From NCBI GenBank assembly GCA_965202805.1, contig OZ241869.1, positions 1,472,001-1,536,000 of the forward strand: a stretch of DNA of 64,000 nucleotides. The letters run 5' to 3'. Source of the DNA: Longimicrobiales bacterium (GTDB taxonomy: Bacteria; Gemmatimonadota; Gemmatimonadetes; Longimicrobiales; Gaopeijiaceae). Under the pieces are notes generated by a model, which saw only the letters and a list, made by a program, of their open reading frames with translations, did not search any database and was not told the origin of the DNA. The position numbers and the translations under genes are program-made. Below are positions 55,620 through 64,000 of this stretch, piece by piece. Every line of letters begins with the position of its first letter. The stretch's first letter is position 1.

Positions 55620-56468
55620 GTGAACCGGCGGGCGAACCTTCCCGACGCCCTCGGCGCCGGACGCTGGCCGTCGCTGGCGGCGGCGGTGCCGATGCTGGTG
55701 CTGCTCGCCCTTCCGGTCGTCGCGCTCGCGTTGGCCTCCTCACCGGCCGAGCTGGCCGCGGGTGCACGCCACCCGCTCTTTCTTCCGGCGCTCGGGCTGA
55801 CGGCGCGCACCACGGTGGTGAGCCTGGTGGTCGTGGTGGCGGCGGGCACCCCGCTGGCATGGTGGCTCGCGGCCTCCTCCGGCCGCTGGGCGCGCGGTGT
55901 CGAGCAACTGGTGGACCTGCCCATCGTGCTGCCGCCCGCCGTGCTCGGCATCGCGCTGCTCCAGACCTTCGGCCGCAACGGCCTGCTGGGCGGCCCGCTC
56001 GAGGTGCTCGGGCTGCAGGTGCCCTTCACCACGGCCGCCGTGGTGCTCACCCAGGTGGTGGTCGCCTCGCCGTTCTATGTCCAGTCGGCCGCGGCCGCGT
56101 TCCGCCGGGTCGACCGCGACCTGCTCATCGTCGCGCGCACACTGGGACGGTCGCCGGCGGGGGCATTTTTCGGGGTGGCGGTGCCGGTGGCGCTCCCCGG
56201 GCTGGTCAGCGGGGCCGCGCTGGCGTGGGCGCGCGCGATCGGGGAGTTCGGGGCGACCCTGCTCTTTGCGGGCAACCTGCCGGGACGGACGCAGACCGCC
56301 CCGCTGGCCATCTATACGGCGCTCGAGTCGGACGTGCAGGCCGCGGTCGCGCTCTCCCTGGTGCTCGCGGCGGTCGCGGTCCTCCTGCTCCTGGGCCTGC
56401 GCGCGCTTCCAGGCGGCCGCCTGGGAAGGGTGGTGGCGGTGGTGGCCGCGGGGGCGGGGCGGCGGTGA
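55620..56468 (+). CDS. modB: Molybdate ABC transporter permease
   Basis: [28 protein letters not shown]. Confidence 0.93.
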   Translation: MNRRANLPDALGAGRWPSLAAAVPMLVLLALPVVALALASSPAELAAGARHPLFLPALGLTARTTVVSLVVVVAAGTPLAWWLAASSGRWARGVEQLVDLPIVLPPAVLGIALLQTFGRNGLLGGPLEVLGLQVPFTTAAVVLTQVVVASPFYVQSAAAAFRRVDRDLLIVARTLGRSPAGAFFGVAVPVALPGLVSGAALAWARAIGEFGATLLFAGNLPGRTQTAPLAIYTALESDVQAAVALSLVLAAVAVLLLLGLRALPGGRLGRVVAVVAAGAGRR

Positions 56469-56580
56469 GCGGCGCTGGCGGACCTCCGGCCGACCGCAGG
56501 CCGCGTGGTTGCAGGGCGGCGGGGCGCGGAACCGGGGCGGCGCACACGGTCATCGGCGACGATGAGCGCGGGGGGCGGCG

Positions 56581-57333
56581 GTGAGAGCGATCTGGCACGC
56601 GGAAGTGTCCCTGCAGGTCGGCGCGCTCGACCTGGACGTGCGCCTGGACGGCGGCGTGCGCCCGGTCGCCCTGGTGGGCCCCAACGGGTCCGGCAAGACC
56701 ACCCTGCTGCGCACCATCGCGGGGGCCTACCGCCCCTCCGCCGGGGTCATCGCCATCGGCGACCGCGTCCTCTTCGACTCCGACCGGGGCATCGACCTCC
56801 CTCCCGAGGAACGAAGGGTGGGCTACGTGCCCCAGGGCTACGGGCTCTTCCCGCACCTGCGCGTGCTCGACAACGTGAGGTTCGGGCTGGCGGGCTCAAC
56901 GCGGCGCGACAACGGTGCAAGGGCCTCCGCCCTCGCCGTGCTCGAACAACTGGGGGCCGGTCATCTCGCCGAGCGCTGGCCGGACACGCTTTCGGGCGGC
57001 GAGCGCCAGCGGATCGCGCTGGCTCGCGCGCTGGTCATCGAGCCTCACATTCTCCTTCTCGACGAGCCGCTCGCCGCGCTGGACGCCGCCGCGCGCCGGA
57101 TCATGCGCCGCCGGCTCGCGGAGCGGCTCGAGGAGAGCGCCGTGCCGGCCCTGGTGATCACCCACGACGTGCACGACATCGTGGCGCTGAACGCCGACGT
57201 CCACGTGATGGAGGAGGGGAGGATCGTCCAGCGGGGCCCGGCCGACGCGCTCGCCACGCACCCCGCCACCGAGTTCGTGGCGGAGGTCTTCGGGTCACCG
57301 CTGGCTACTCGCGGGAGCCGCCTTCGGCGCTAG
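56581..57333 (+). CDS. modC: Molybdate ABC transporter ATPase
   Basis: GPNGSGKT, LPPEERRVGYVPQ, LSGGERQR, LLLDEP. Confidence 0.92.
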   Translation: MRAIWHAEVSLQVGALDLDVRLDGGVRPVALVGPNGSGKTTLLRTIAGAYRPSAGVIAIGDRVLFDSDRGIDLPPEERRVGYVPQGYGLFPHLRVLDNVRFGLAGSTRRDNGARASALAVLEQLGAGHLAERWPDTLSGGERQRIALARALVIEPHILLLDEPLAALDAAARRIMRRRLAERLEESAVPALVITHDVHDIVALNADVHVMEEGRIVQRGPADALATHPATEFVAEVFGSPLATRGSRLRR

Positions 57334-57646
57334 CATCGTCCTCCGAGGAATGGCCTTCGCCCGGCTCGGCATCGGCCCGGACACAGAGCGCGCCCAACTC
57401 CCCCGCGGTGATGGTGCACGCACCGAAGCGCAGTACATCCCCCGGATCGAGCAGCGCCTGACGGATCGGGTGCCACTCGTCGCCTCGGCGTACGAAGGTG
57501 CCGCTCCCCGTCGCCCGATCGGCGACGTGGATCCGACCCTCCGGGAGGCAGACGACCTCGGCGTGGCACCGCGACACGCTGCCATCGCGCAGCACCACAT
57601 CGCACGTGCCTTTGCGGCCCACGGTTCGAGCGACGATCCGGGACAA
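57305..57646 (-). CDS. Stand-alone FHA-domain protein
   Basis: VGR...SVSRCHA...SGTFV...GDVLRFG. Confidence 0.8.
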   Translation of the reverse strand: MSRIVARTVGRKGTCDVVLRDGSVSRCHAEVVCLPEGRIHVADRATGSGTFVRRGDEWHPIRQALLDPGDVLRFGACTITAGELGALCVRADAEPGEGHSSEDDASAEGGSRE

Positions 57647-57658
57647 ATCGGGTTCCTC

Positions 57659-59203
57659 TCAGTTGCCGGTTTTGCGGACGGGTTCCGACTGAAGGGCGAG
57701 ACGCGGCCCGTCACCGAACTGGACGACGGCATCGCGCCCGAGTTTCCGGGGCGTGAACGGAGCCAGCCTTTCACCGTCGACCCAGGTGCCTTCGCGCGAA
57801 TTGAGATCCTCGATGAAGAAACGCCCTCCCCTGCGGATCACGCGGGCGTGACGCATGGAGACGGTCGGATCCTGGATGGCTTCATCGACCAGGTCCGGCT
57901 GGCGGCCGATGACCAGCCCACCTTCGGCACGCCGGAGCCTGTGGCCCTCAAACCGGATGTCGATGGGTGCATCGGCGTAGTCCGAAGCATCCGCGACGAA
58001 CCGAAGGCCCGGAAGCGCGGCTTCGTGCGGAGCGGGTCTCGCGCCTCCTGGTCGGCGAGCAGCTCCCGCCATGGCCCCTCGACCGGGCCGGAAGTACCTG
58101 AGCGGCAGGTAGAGTCCGGAACCGCCGGCACGCCCGGACCCGCCGGGGATCCCCGGACCGCGCCCCCCGTACGACGCCCCCTGAACCACCCGGACAACCT
58201 CCCGGCGCGGCGCGCGCATGGTCAGAAACATCAGGGTCGGAAACATGACTGCGGCCATCCCAAGGGTGATCCACAGCCCCAGGGCGATCCGTTCGTCGGT
58301 CGCATCCATGCGTCGCTCGGTGGCCTCCACCGCCGATCCCACGGCCTCCGCCGCAGCGCTGGCCGCCGCCTCGGCGGCTTCGTTCGCCGCGCTGGACGCC
58401 GCCTCCACAGCCAGTTCCGCCGCTCTGGCCGCCGCTTCCGCAGCCTCTCTCGCGGCGCCGGCTTCGTCATCGGTGCAACGGGCGTCGCTCGTGCTGACGG
58501 CGATACCGAGTGTCCGCAGTTCCCGCACCGCCTCCGTGATCCGTGAAGCGACGAATACACCCTGCGATGCGAGGGCACTTCGGGTGTTCACGCCAACCAC
58601 CATGCCGCAGTCGGAGATCAGAGGCCCCCCGCTGTTGCCCGGATTTATCGCCGCATCGTGCTGAATCAGGTCCAACTGCGGTCCCCCCGCCCTCACATCC
58701 CAGGGGGCGCGGTACAGCCGGCCGATCACGCCCCGCGTCAATGTCGTCTGAAGCGACATGTCCCCGGTAATCGCGTCCGCGATGCCGGGAAATCCCACGG
58801 CCCATACGGCTTCGCCCGTCTGCAGCGGCATGGCTCCGAGCAGGACCTGCGGCAACGCCAGACCGTCGACCTCGAGCACGGCCAGGTCCAGTTCGGGGGA
58901 TTCCCAGCGTACGCGGGCCTGTTGCATGCCGCCGGTGTGCGCCGAGATCACCTGGTGCCCTGCGCCGCCGTCCACGACGTGATGGTTGGTCAGGACGATG
59001 CCGGGAGCCACCACCGCACCGCTGCCCGTGCCGAACCCGGTGGGAAGAAGGGTGACGACCCGCACGACGCTGCGATCGGCCTCCCGGATTCGGTCGACCG
59101 CGGTCCTCGACTGGGCGGCGACCGCGTCCGGGCACACGAAGAGAACGGACCAGAGAGTCCATGCTGCGACCACCCCTACGCCTGCGATGCCTCCGCTGGA
59201 CAT
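57659..59203 (-). CDS. Trypsin-like serine protease - coiled linker - TM - FHA
   Basis: Signal peptide; TNHHVV, DLAVL, GNSGGP triad; TM segment; IGR...VSMRHA...DLNSREGT (FHA). Confidence 0.88.
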   Translation of the reverse strand: MSSGGIAGVGVVAAWTLWSVLFVCPDAVAAQSRTAVDRIREADRSVVRVVTLLPTGFGTGSGAVVAPGIVLTNHHVVDGGAGHQVISAHTGGMQQARVRWESPELDLAVLEVDGLALPQVLLGAMPLQTGEAVWAVGFPGIADAITGDMSLQTTLTRGVIGRLYRAPWDVRAGGPQLDLIQHDAAINPGNSGGPLISDCGMVVGVNTRSALASQGVFVASRITEAVRELRTLGIAVSTSDARCTDDEAGAAREAAEAAARAAELAVEAASSAANEAAEAAASAAAEAVGSAVEATERRMDATDERIALGLWITLGMAAVMFPTLMFLTMRAPRREVVRVVQGASYGGRGPGIPGGSGRAGGSGLYLPLRYFRPGRGAMAGAARRPGGARPAPHEAALPGLRFVADASDYADAPIDIRFEGHRLRRAEGGLVIGRQPDLVDEAIQDPTVSMRHARVIRRGGRFFIEDLNSREGTWVDGERLAPFTPRKLGRDAVVQFGDGPRLALQSEPVRKTGN

Positions 59204-59448
59204 CGACGCTCTTCTCCTTCCGCCGGGCAAGCCTGCGTCTGGGTACACCCCGCCGTGAGGGAGGTACCGGCGGGCGCGGCCTGGTCGGGTCGTCGGGTTC
59301 GCAGAATGGGCTCGAGCAGGTAACCTGGCCCCGTGGCCGGGGTACATCACCTGATCACCGTATGGCATGTATTTTGCGGGCAGGGCGTGGCGAACCGGCT
59401 CGTCACGCGGGCCTTCCCACCTCCACCCACCGGAAGGGGATGACAGCC

Positions 59449-59946
59449 ATGAAGAAGAGCATCCTGTTCGCAGCTGCGGCGATGTCCGCCTGTTCCTCCG
59501 CCCCGATCTCCTTTTACGGCGTGGCGCCGCCCGGCAGAGAGACGGCCTATCAGTGCGCCGTCGCTCAGCTGAACATTCTGGGCTACACGATCGAGGACGG
59601 AAACAGCGATACCGGCTTTGTCCGGGGCCGCAAGCAGACCTCCGGCCTGGGGACCCAGATCTTCACCGGCAACACGTACCACGACGTGCTCACCGCAACC
59701 GCCTTCGACAACCCCGCCACCGGCGAGACCAACCTGAGGGTCGTGGCGACCCGCGTCGCGGAACATGATACGGGCCTGCTCGGGGCGCTCAGCGACGAGC
59801 CGGAGGAGGGAGAGGACATCATCGCCCCCTCGGACAGCGGGAAGGGCGACGCCCAGGTGCTGCTGGCCAACTGTGGCGTGTCCAGCGTGACCACTTCCGG
59901 GGGGCCGGACAGCTATCTGCTGGAGGGAGCGGCCGGCCCGCGCTGA
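59449..59946 (+). CDS. Hypothetical lipoprotein
   Basis: MKKSILFAAAAMSAC lipobox. Confidence 0.75.
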   Translation: MKKSILFAAAAMSACSSAPISFYGVAPPGRETAYQCAVAQLNILGYTIEDGNSDTGFVRGRKQTSGLGTQIFTGNTYHDVLTATAFDNPATGETNLRVVATRVAEHDTGLLGALSDEPEEGEDIIAPSDSGKGDAQVLLANCGVSSVTTSGGPDSYLLEGAAGPR

Positions 59947-60001
59947 CCCCCGGCGCTCTCTCCGCCCTCGACTCTCCCCCACCAGGGGCTTTCGCTTGTT
60001 C

Positions 60002-61741
60002 CTACCTCCCCAGCGGAGGCGTGAACGGCGGCGGCCGGCGGTGTTGCGTGGCCTGCTCGTAGGCGTAGCTGACGCGGATCAGGGTGGGCTCGTCGAAGGG
60101 GCGCCCCAGCAACTGCAACCCGGCGGGTAGGCGACCGAAGGAGTATCCCATCGGCACGTTGAAGGCCGGGAAGCCGGTCGGGGGCGAGATGATCGAGCTG
60201 TTCGCGCCGTAGGTGGTGTTCTCGTCGCCGATCAGGCGCGCCGGGTAGTTGTAGGTCGGATAAACGAGAACGTCCACCTCGTGCTCGTCCATCACGGCGA
60301 GCACCGCGTCCTGCAGCCTCTTCTGCGTCTCCAGGTACTCGGGATAGTCCTCGTGCTCCTCGGGCACGTAGTCCACCTCCCGGTTGCGCTCCAGGCTGGC
60401 GCGCAGGAAGGGATGGTAGTCGCCCGACTCGACCACCTCGTCCAGCGTCTTGAACTTCAGCTCGGGCCGCGTGGCCAGATAGTTCTCGAAGTCGTACTTG
60501 AGGCGGCTGATGCTCGGGAAGTCGCCGCGGATGTCGTCCAGGTCGGGGATCTCGACGGGATCCACGATGACGGCGCCGGCGGCACGCATATCCTCGAGCG
60601 CCTGCTCCATCACCCGCAGCACCTCGGGATGGATGGTGGTGGGTTCATCCTCCTGCTGCTGATCGTCCTCCTGCTGCTCCCCGCCCTGCCCTTGCCCCGA
60701 ATCCTGCGTTTGCTCGGGCGGCCCCTGCCCTTCGGGCTGGTCGGACTCCTCGTCTCCCTCGGCTTCCGGCCCCGCCGACGGCATCTCCTCCCCCGGCGCC
60801 AGCACGCCGCTTCCCAGTGAGCGCGGATCGTCATAATCCCGCGCCTCCTCGAACAGCTGGCGCAGCACGCCGATGCGCGCGCCTTGGAGTCCGTCGGCAT
60901 CGAGGAACTGGCGGTAGTTGTCCGGCACCCGTCCCTCGCTCTCGAGCGTAACGGGGTCCGCCGGGTCCTGCCCCACGATCACCTCCAGCACGGCGACCGC
61001 GTCGGCCACGGTGCGGGTCATGGGACCACCCACGTCGCGGGCGGCGCTCAGCGGGGCGATGCCGTCGCGGCTGGTGAGCCCCATGGTGGTGCGGAACCCC
61101 ACCAGCGCCTGGTGGGAGGAGGGACCACGGATCGAACTGCCCGTGTCCGAGCCGAGCCCCACGGCGCCGAAGTTGGCGGCCACCGCGGCACCTGTGCCCC
61201 CGCTCGAGCCCGCCGTCACCCGGGTGGGGTCGTAGGGGTTGCGGGAGAAGCCCGGCAGCACCGAGCTGAGCGTGAACGCCCCGCTGGACGCGAACTCGGC
61301 CAGGTTCGACTTGGCCAGAACGATCGCGCCCGCCTCGCGCAGCTTGCGCACCTGGTAGGCGTCGTCGGGCGGAATCGCCCCGCGGAAGGCGAGGGTCCCG
61401 TTGGTGGTGGGCAGATCGTAGGTGTCGTAGTTGTCCTTCACGATCACCGGGATGCCGTGCAGCGGCCCGGTGAACCCGGACTCCGCGAAGGCCGCGTCCA
61501 GCTCGCGCGCCCGCTCCAGCGCGTGCTCGCTCACGGTGATGATGGAGTTCAGGTACGGGCCCTGCCGGTCGTACGCCTCGATGCGGTCGAGGTAGCTCCG
61601 GACCAGCTCCTCCGCCGTGATCCGGCCCTCCTCCATCGCCTGGTGGATGTCGGCGATGGTGGTCTCCTCGACCTGGAAGGAAGGGGTGCACGCGAGCGCG
61701 GGCAGGAGCAGCAGAAGGATCGATGCGCGCCAGATCGTCAT
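60002..61741 (-). CDS. Amidase-signature family lipoprotein with acidic low-complexity insertion
   Basis: LAC lipobox; VKDN, GSSGGTG, GSDTGSSIR. Confidence 0.92.
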   Translation of the reverse strand: MTIWRASILLLLLPALACTPSFQVEETTIADIHQAMEEGRITAEELVRSYLDRIEAYDRQGPYLNSIITVSEHALERARELDAAFAESGFTGPLHGIPVIVKDNYDTYDLPTTNGTLAFRGAIPPDDAYQVRKLREAGAIVLAKSNLAEFASSGAFTLSSVLPGFSRNPYDPTRVTAGSSGGTGAAVAANFGAVGLGSDTGSSIRGPSSHQALVGFRTTMGLTSRDGIAPLSAARDVGGPMTRTVADAVAVLEVIVGQDPADPVTLESEGRVPDNYRQFLDADGLQGARIGVLRQLFEEARDYDDPRSLGSGVLAPGEEMPSAGPEAEGDEESDQPEGQGPPEQTQDSGQGQGGEQQEDDQQQEDEPTTIHPEVLRVMEQALEDMRAAGAVIVDPVEIPDLDDIRGDFPSISRLKYDFENYLATRPELKFKTLDEVVESGDYHPFLRASLERNREVDYVPEEHEDYPEYLETQKRLQDAVLAVMDEHEVDVLVYPTYNYPARLIGDENTTYGANSSIISPPTGFPAFNVPMGYSFGRLPAGLQLLGRPFDEPTLIRVSYAYEQATQHRRPPPFTPPLGR

Positions 61742-61863
61742 GAGCCGAGACCTCGGGTTGCGCCGGGCCGGGCTACCCCATCCTCGACCGTCGGGCGGTC
61801 CGTCGATGAATCCGCGCAAGCACCGGGAGTGGCGAGGCGCCGGGGGAGTTCATCCACGGGCTG

Positions 61864-63711
61864 CTAGAACAGGTCGGAGGGATCGGGCTCCGCGCCCCGG
61901 TCCTCGTAGCGATTGGGGATGTGGTCCCCGGTGACCATGTCCTGGTAGGAGAGCCCCGGTCCGACCATCGGATACACGTGCGCCTCCGGATCGATGACGA
62001 CTTCCAGGAAGGCCGGGCCGGGGAAGTTCAGGAACTCCTTCACCACCCGGGGCACGTCCTCCTTGCGATCGAGGCGCTCCGCGTACTCGAAGCCGTCCGC
62101 CTGCGCCGCCAGCACGAAGTTCTTCTTGCGCAGCGATTTGTCGCTCGCCGACAGGCGCCCCTTGAAGAAGAGGCGCTGCCACTGCATCACCATGCCGTCG
62201 CCGAAGTTGTTCAGCACCATGACCTTGACGGGCAGGTCGTAGGAGGTGGCGGTCTCGAACTCCCCCAGGTTCATGCGGATGCTGGCGTCTCCGTCGACGT
62301 CGATGACCAGCTTGTCCGGGCGCGCGAACTGGGCCCCGATGGCGGCGGGCAACCCGAATCCCATCGTGCCCATGCTCCCCGAGGTCAGCCACAGCCGCGG
62401 CTCGCTGAAGTCGCAGTACTGGGCGGCCCACATCTGGTGCTGCCCCACGCCGGTGGAGATGATCGCGTTGCCGCGGGTGATGCGGTTCATGACCTCCATG
62501 ACGTAGTACGGCTGGATGAGCGAGCTCTCGCGGTCGTAGTCGAGGGCGTAGTCGCGCTTGAGCGCGGCGACCTCGGCGTGCCACTCGGAGAAGTCGGCAC
62601 GGAAGCCGATGGAGTGCCCGTATTCCACCAGGGCGTCGAGCGCCTCAGGGAGCATGCCGGTGTAGTGCCAGTCCGCCGGCTTGACCTTGTGGATCTCCGA
62701 CGGATCGATGTCGAAGTGGATGACGCGCCGGGCCTTGGCCGCGAACTTCGCCGGCACCCCGGCCACGCGATCGTCGAAGCGCGCTCCCATCGCGATGAGC
62801 AGGTCGCAGTCGTCCACCGCGTAGTTGGCGAACGCGGTGCCGTGCATCCCCAGCATGTGCAGGCAGAGCGGCGCGGTGGTGTCGAAGCTGCCCAGCCCCA
62901 TCAGCGTGGTCACGCCCGGGATGCCGAAGTCGTTGGCCAGCCGGCGCAGCGGCTCCGAGGCGTTCCCGTTGACCACCCCGCCGCCGGCGTAGATGAGCGG
63001 GCGGCGGCTCTCTCCCAGCATGTCGAAGAACTCGCCGCACCGATCGCGGCTCAGCCTGCGCGCGCGCAGGGCGTTCAGGCGACGCCGGTACCCGGTGATG
63101 GGCAGGCGCCCCTCCCCCTGGAAGGTCCCGGTCCAGTTCTGTATGTCCTTGGGCACGTCCACCACCACCGGACCGGGCCGGCCGGTGCGCGCGATCTCGA
63201 AGGCCGTGCGCATGGTGGCCTCGAGCTGCTCGGGCTTCGTCACCAGGAAGACGTGCTTGGCCACCGGGCCCATGACGGCGGTGACCGGGGCCTCCTGGAA
63301 GGCGTCGGTGCCGATGGCGGCCGTGGGGACCTGGCCGCAGATCACCACGATGGGGACCGAGTCGGCCATGCAGTCGCGCACCGGGGTCACGCAGTTGGTG
63401 GCGCCGGGCCCGGAGGTCACCAGCACGCATCCCACCTTGCCGCTCGCGCGCGCGTAGCCGGCCGCCATGAAGCCGGCGCCCTGTTCGTTGGCGGGCACGA
63501 TGAGCGGCATCGGCTCCACGCCATCGACGGCGTGGTCCTGGTTGTAGCGGAAGACCGCGTCGTAGGTGGGCAGGATCGCCCCTCCGCTGTAGCCGAAGAT
63601 GGTGTCGATTCCCTCGTCGGCCAGAACCTGGACGATCATGTCGGCTCCGCTCATGACCCGGCCCGCGAGCGGGTGCGCGGGCGCATCGCGAAGCGCGGTG
63701 CTGGTTGTCAT
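61864..63711 (-). CDS. ilvB: Acetolactate synthase large subunit
   Basis: FGYSGGAILP, EQGAGF, TSGPGATN, GTDAFQE, GVGQHQMW, GDAS...LNN. Confidence 0.96.
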   Translation of the reverse strand: MTTSTALRDAPAHPLAGRVMSGADMIVQVLADEGIDTIFGYSGGAILPTYDAVFRYNQDHAVDGVEPMPLIVPANEQGAGFMAAGYARASGKVGCVLVTSGPGATNCVTPVRDCMADSVPIVVICGQVPTAAIGTDAFQEAPVTAVMGPVAKHVFLVTKPEQLEATMRTAFEIARTGRPGPVVVDVPKDIQNWTGTFQGEGRLPITGYRRRLNALRARRLSRDRCGEFFDMLGESRRPLIYAGGGVVNGNASEPLRRLANDFGIPGVTTLMGLGSFDTTAPLCLHMLGMHGTAFANYAVDDCDLLIAMGARFDDRVAGVPAKFAAKARRVIHFDIDPSEIHKVKPADWHYTGMLPEALDALVEYGHSIGFRADFSEWHAEVAALKRDYALDYDRESSLIQPYYVMEVMNRITRGNAIISTGVGQHQMWAAQYCDFSEPRLWLTSGSMGTMGFGLPAAIGAQFARPDKLVIDVDGDASIRMNLGEFETATSYDLPVKVMVLNNFGDGMVMQWQRLFFKGRLSASDKSLRKKNFVLAAQADGFEYAERLDRKEDVPRVVKEFLNFPGPAFLEVVIDPEAHVYPMVGPGLSYQDMVTGDHIPNRYEDRGAEPDPSDLF

Positions 63712-63896
63712 GGAAACGCCTCTCGTGACGGGCACGGAATGGGTTGAGCGCCGGGGTGAAAGGTCGGACGAAGGCGCCCGCATGGCAAAACACGCGCAGG
63801 CACGCTGCATATCTTGCGATGCCCGCGCCATCCCGCAAGCTTGTACGGCCACGCGCGGCCCCCCTGGACCGCCATGCGCCGCATCCCCGGACCGCC

Positions 63897-64000
63897 ATGC
63901 GACACACCATATCCATATTGCTCCAGAACGAGGCGGGCGCGCTCTCGCGCGTCACCGACATGTTCTCGACCCGGGGCTTCAACATCGAGAGCCTCAACGT
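63897..64000 (+). CDS. ilvN: Acetolactate synthase small regulatory subunit, partial
   Basis: [35 protein letters not shown] (ACT domain N-terminus). Confidence 0.9.
   Translation, partial: MRHTISILLQNEAGALSRVTDMFSTRGFNIESLN

Noticed and set aside
63906..63919. ACCATATCCATAT resembling the island boundary repeat
   Set aside because: Lies inside the ilvN coding sequence (T-I-S-I) with a different period; coincidental.

Overview
GC-rich bacterial window with no rRNA, tRNA or CRISPR array. The swf-type PKS cluster, DmdA-like gene and beta-propeller lipoprotein suggest a marine, possibly sponge-associated, Gemmatimonadota-like organism (inference only). Block 1 (1-15.5 kb): an swfABC-like cluster (mono-modular type I PKS, thioester-reductase/sulfotransferase, B12 radical SAM), the start of a second paralogous PKS, a divergent SDR, and two copies of a STAS + unknown 90-aa gene pair. 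All four minus-strand transcription units share a TGCGACA-N14-TGCGACA-type direct repeat upstream. Block 2 (16.5-31.5 kb): a lower-GC defence island bounded by imperfect direct repeats. A SNF2-DUF3883 / DUF1156 methylase / DUF499 ATPase restriction-like core is interrupted by an ABC-ATPase+TOPRIM-like pair, a GmrSD-Schlafen(AlbA_2) fusion and an ApeA-like HEPN gene. Block 3 (31.5-38.6 kb): heme operon chdC/hemQ-hemD-hemL-hemE-hemH-hemY, with repeat-derived in-frame insertions. Block 4 (38.6-64 kb): a GcvT/DmdA + phytoene-dehydrogenase-like cassette, type III PKS + ICMT, class A beta-lactamase-like hydrolase, circularly permuted D-amino acid oxidase-like enzyme, higBA, modABC with an XRE-PBP regulator and tandem operator, trypsin-FHA/FHA genes, an amidase, and divergent ilvB/ilvN. 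Family calls come from motif recognition by eye, not database searches. Start codons were adjusted manually.
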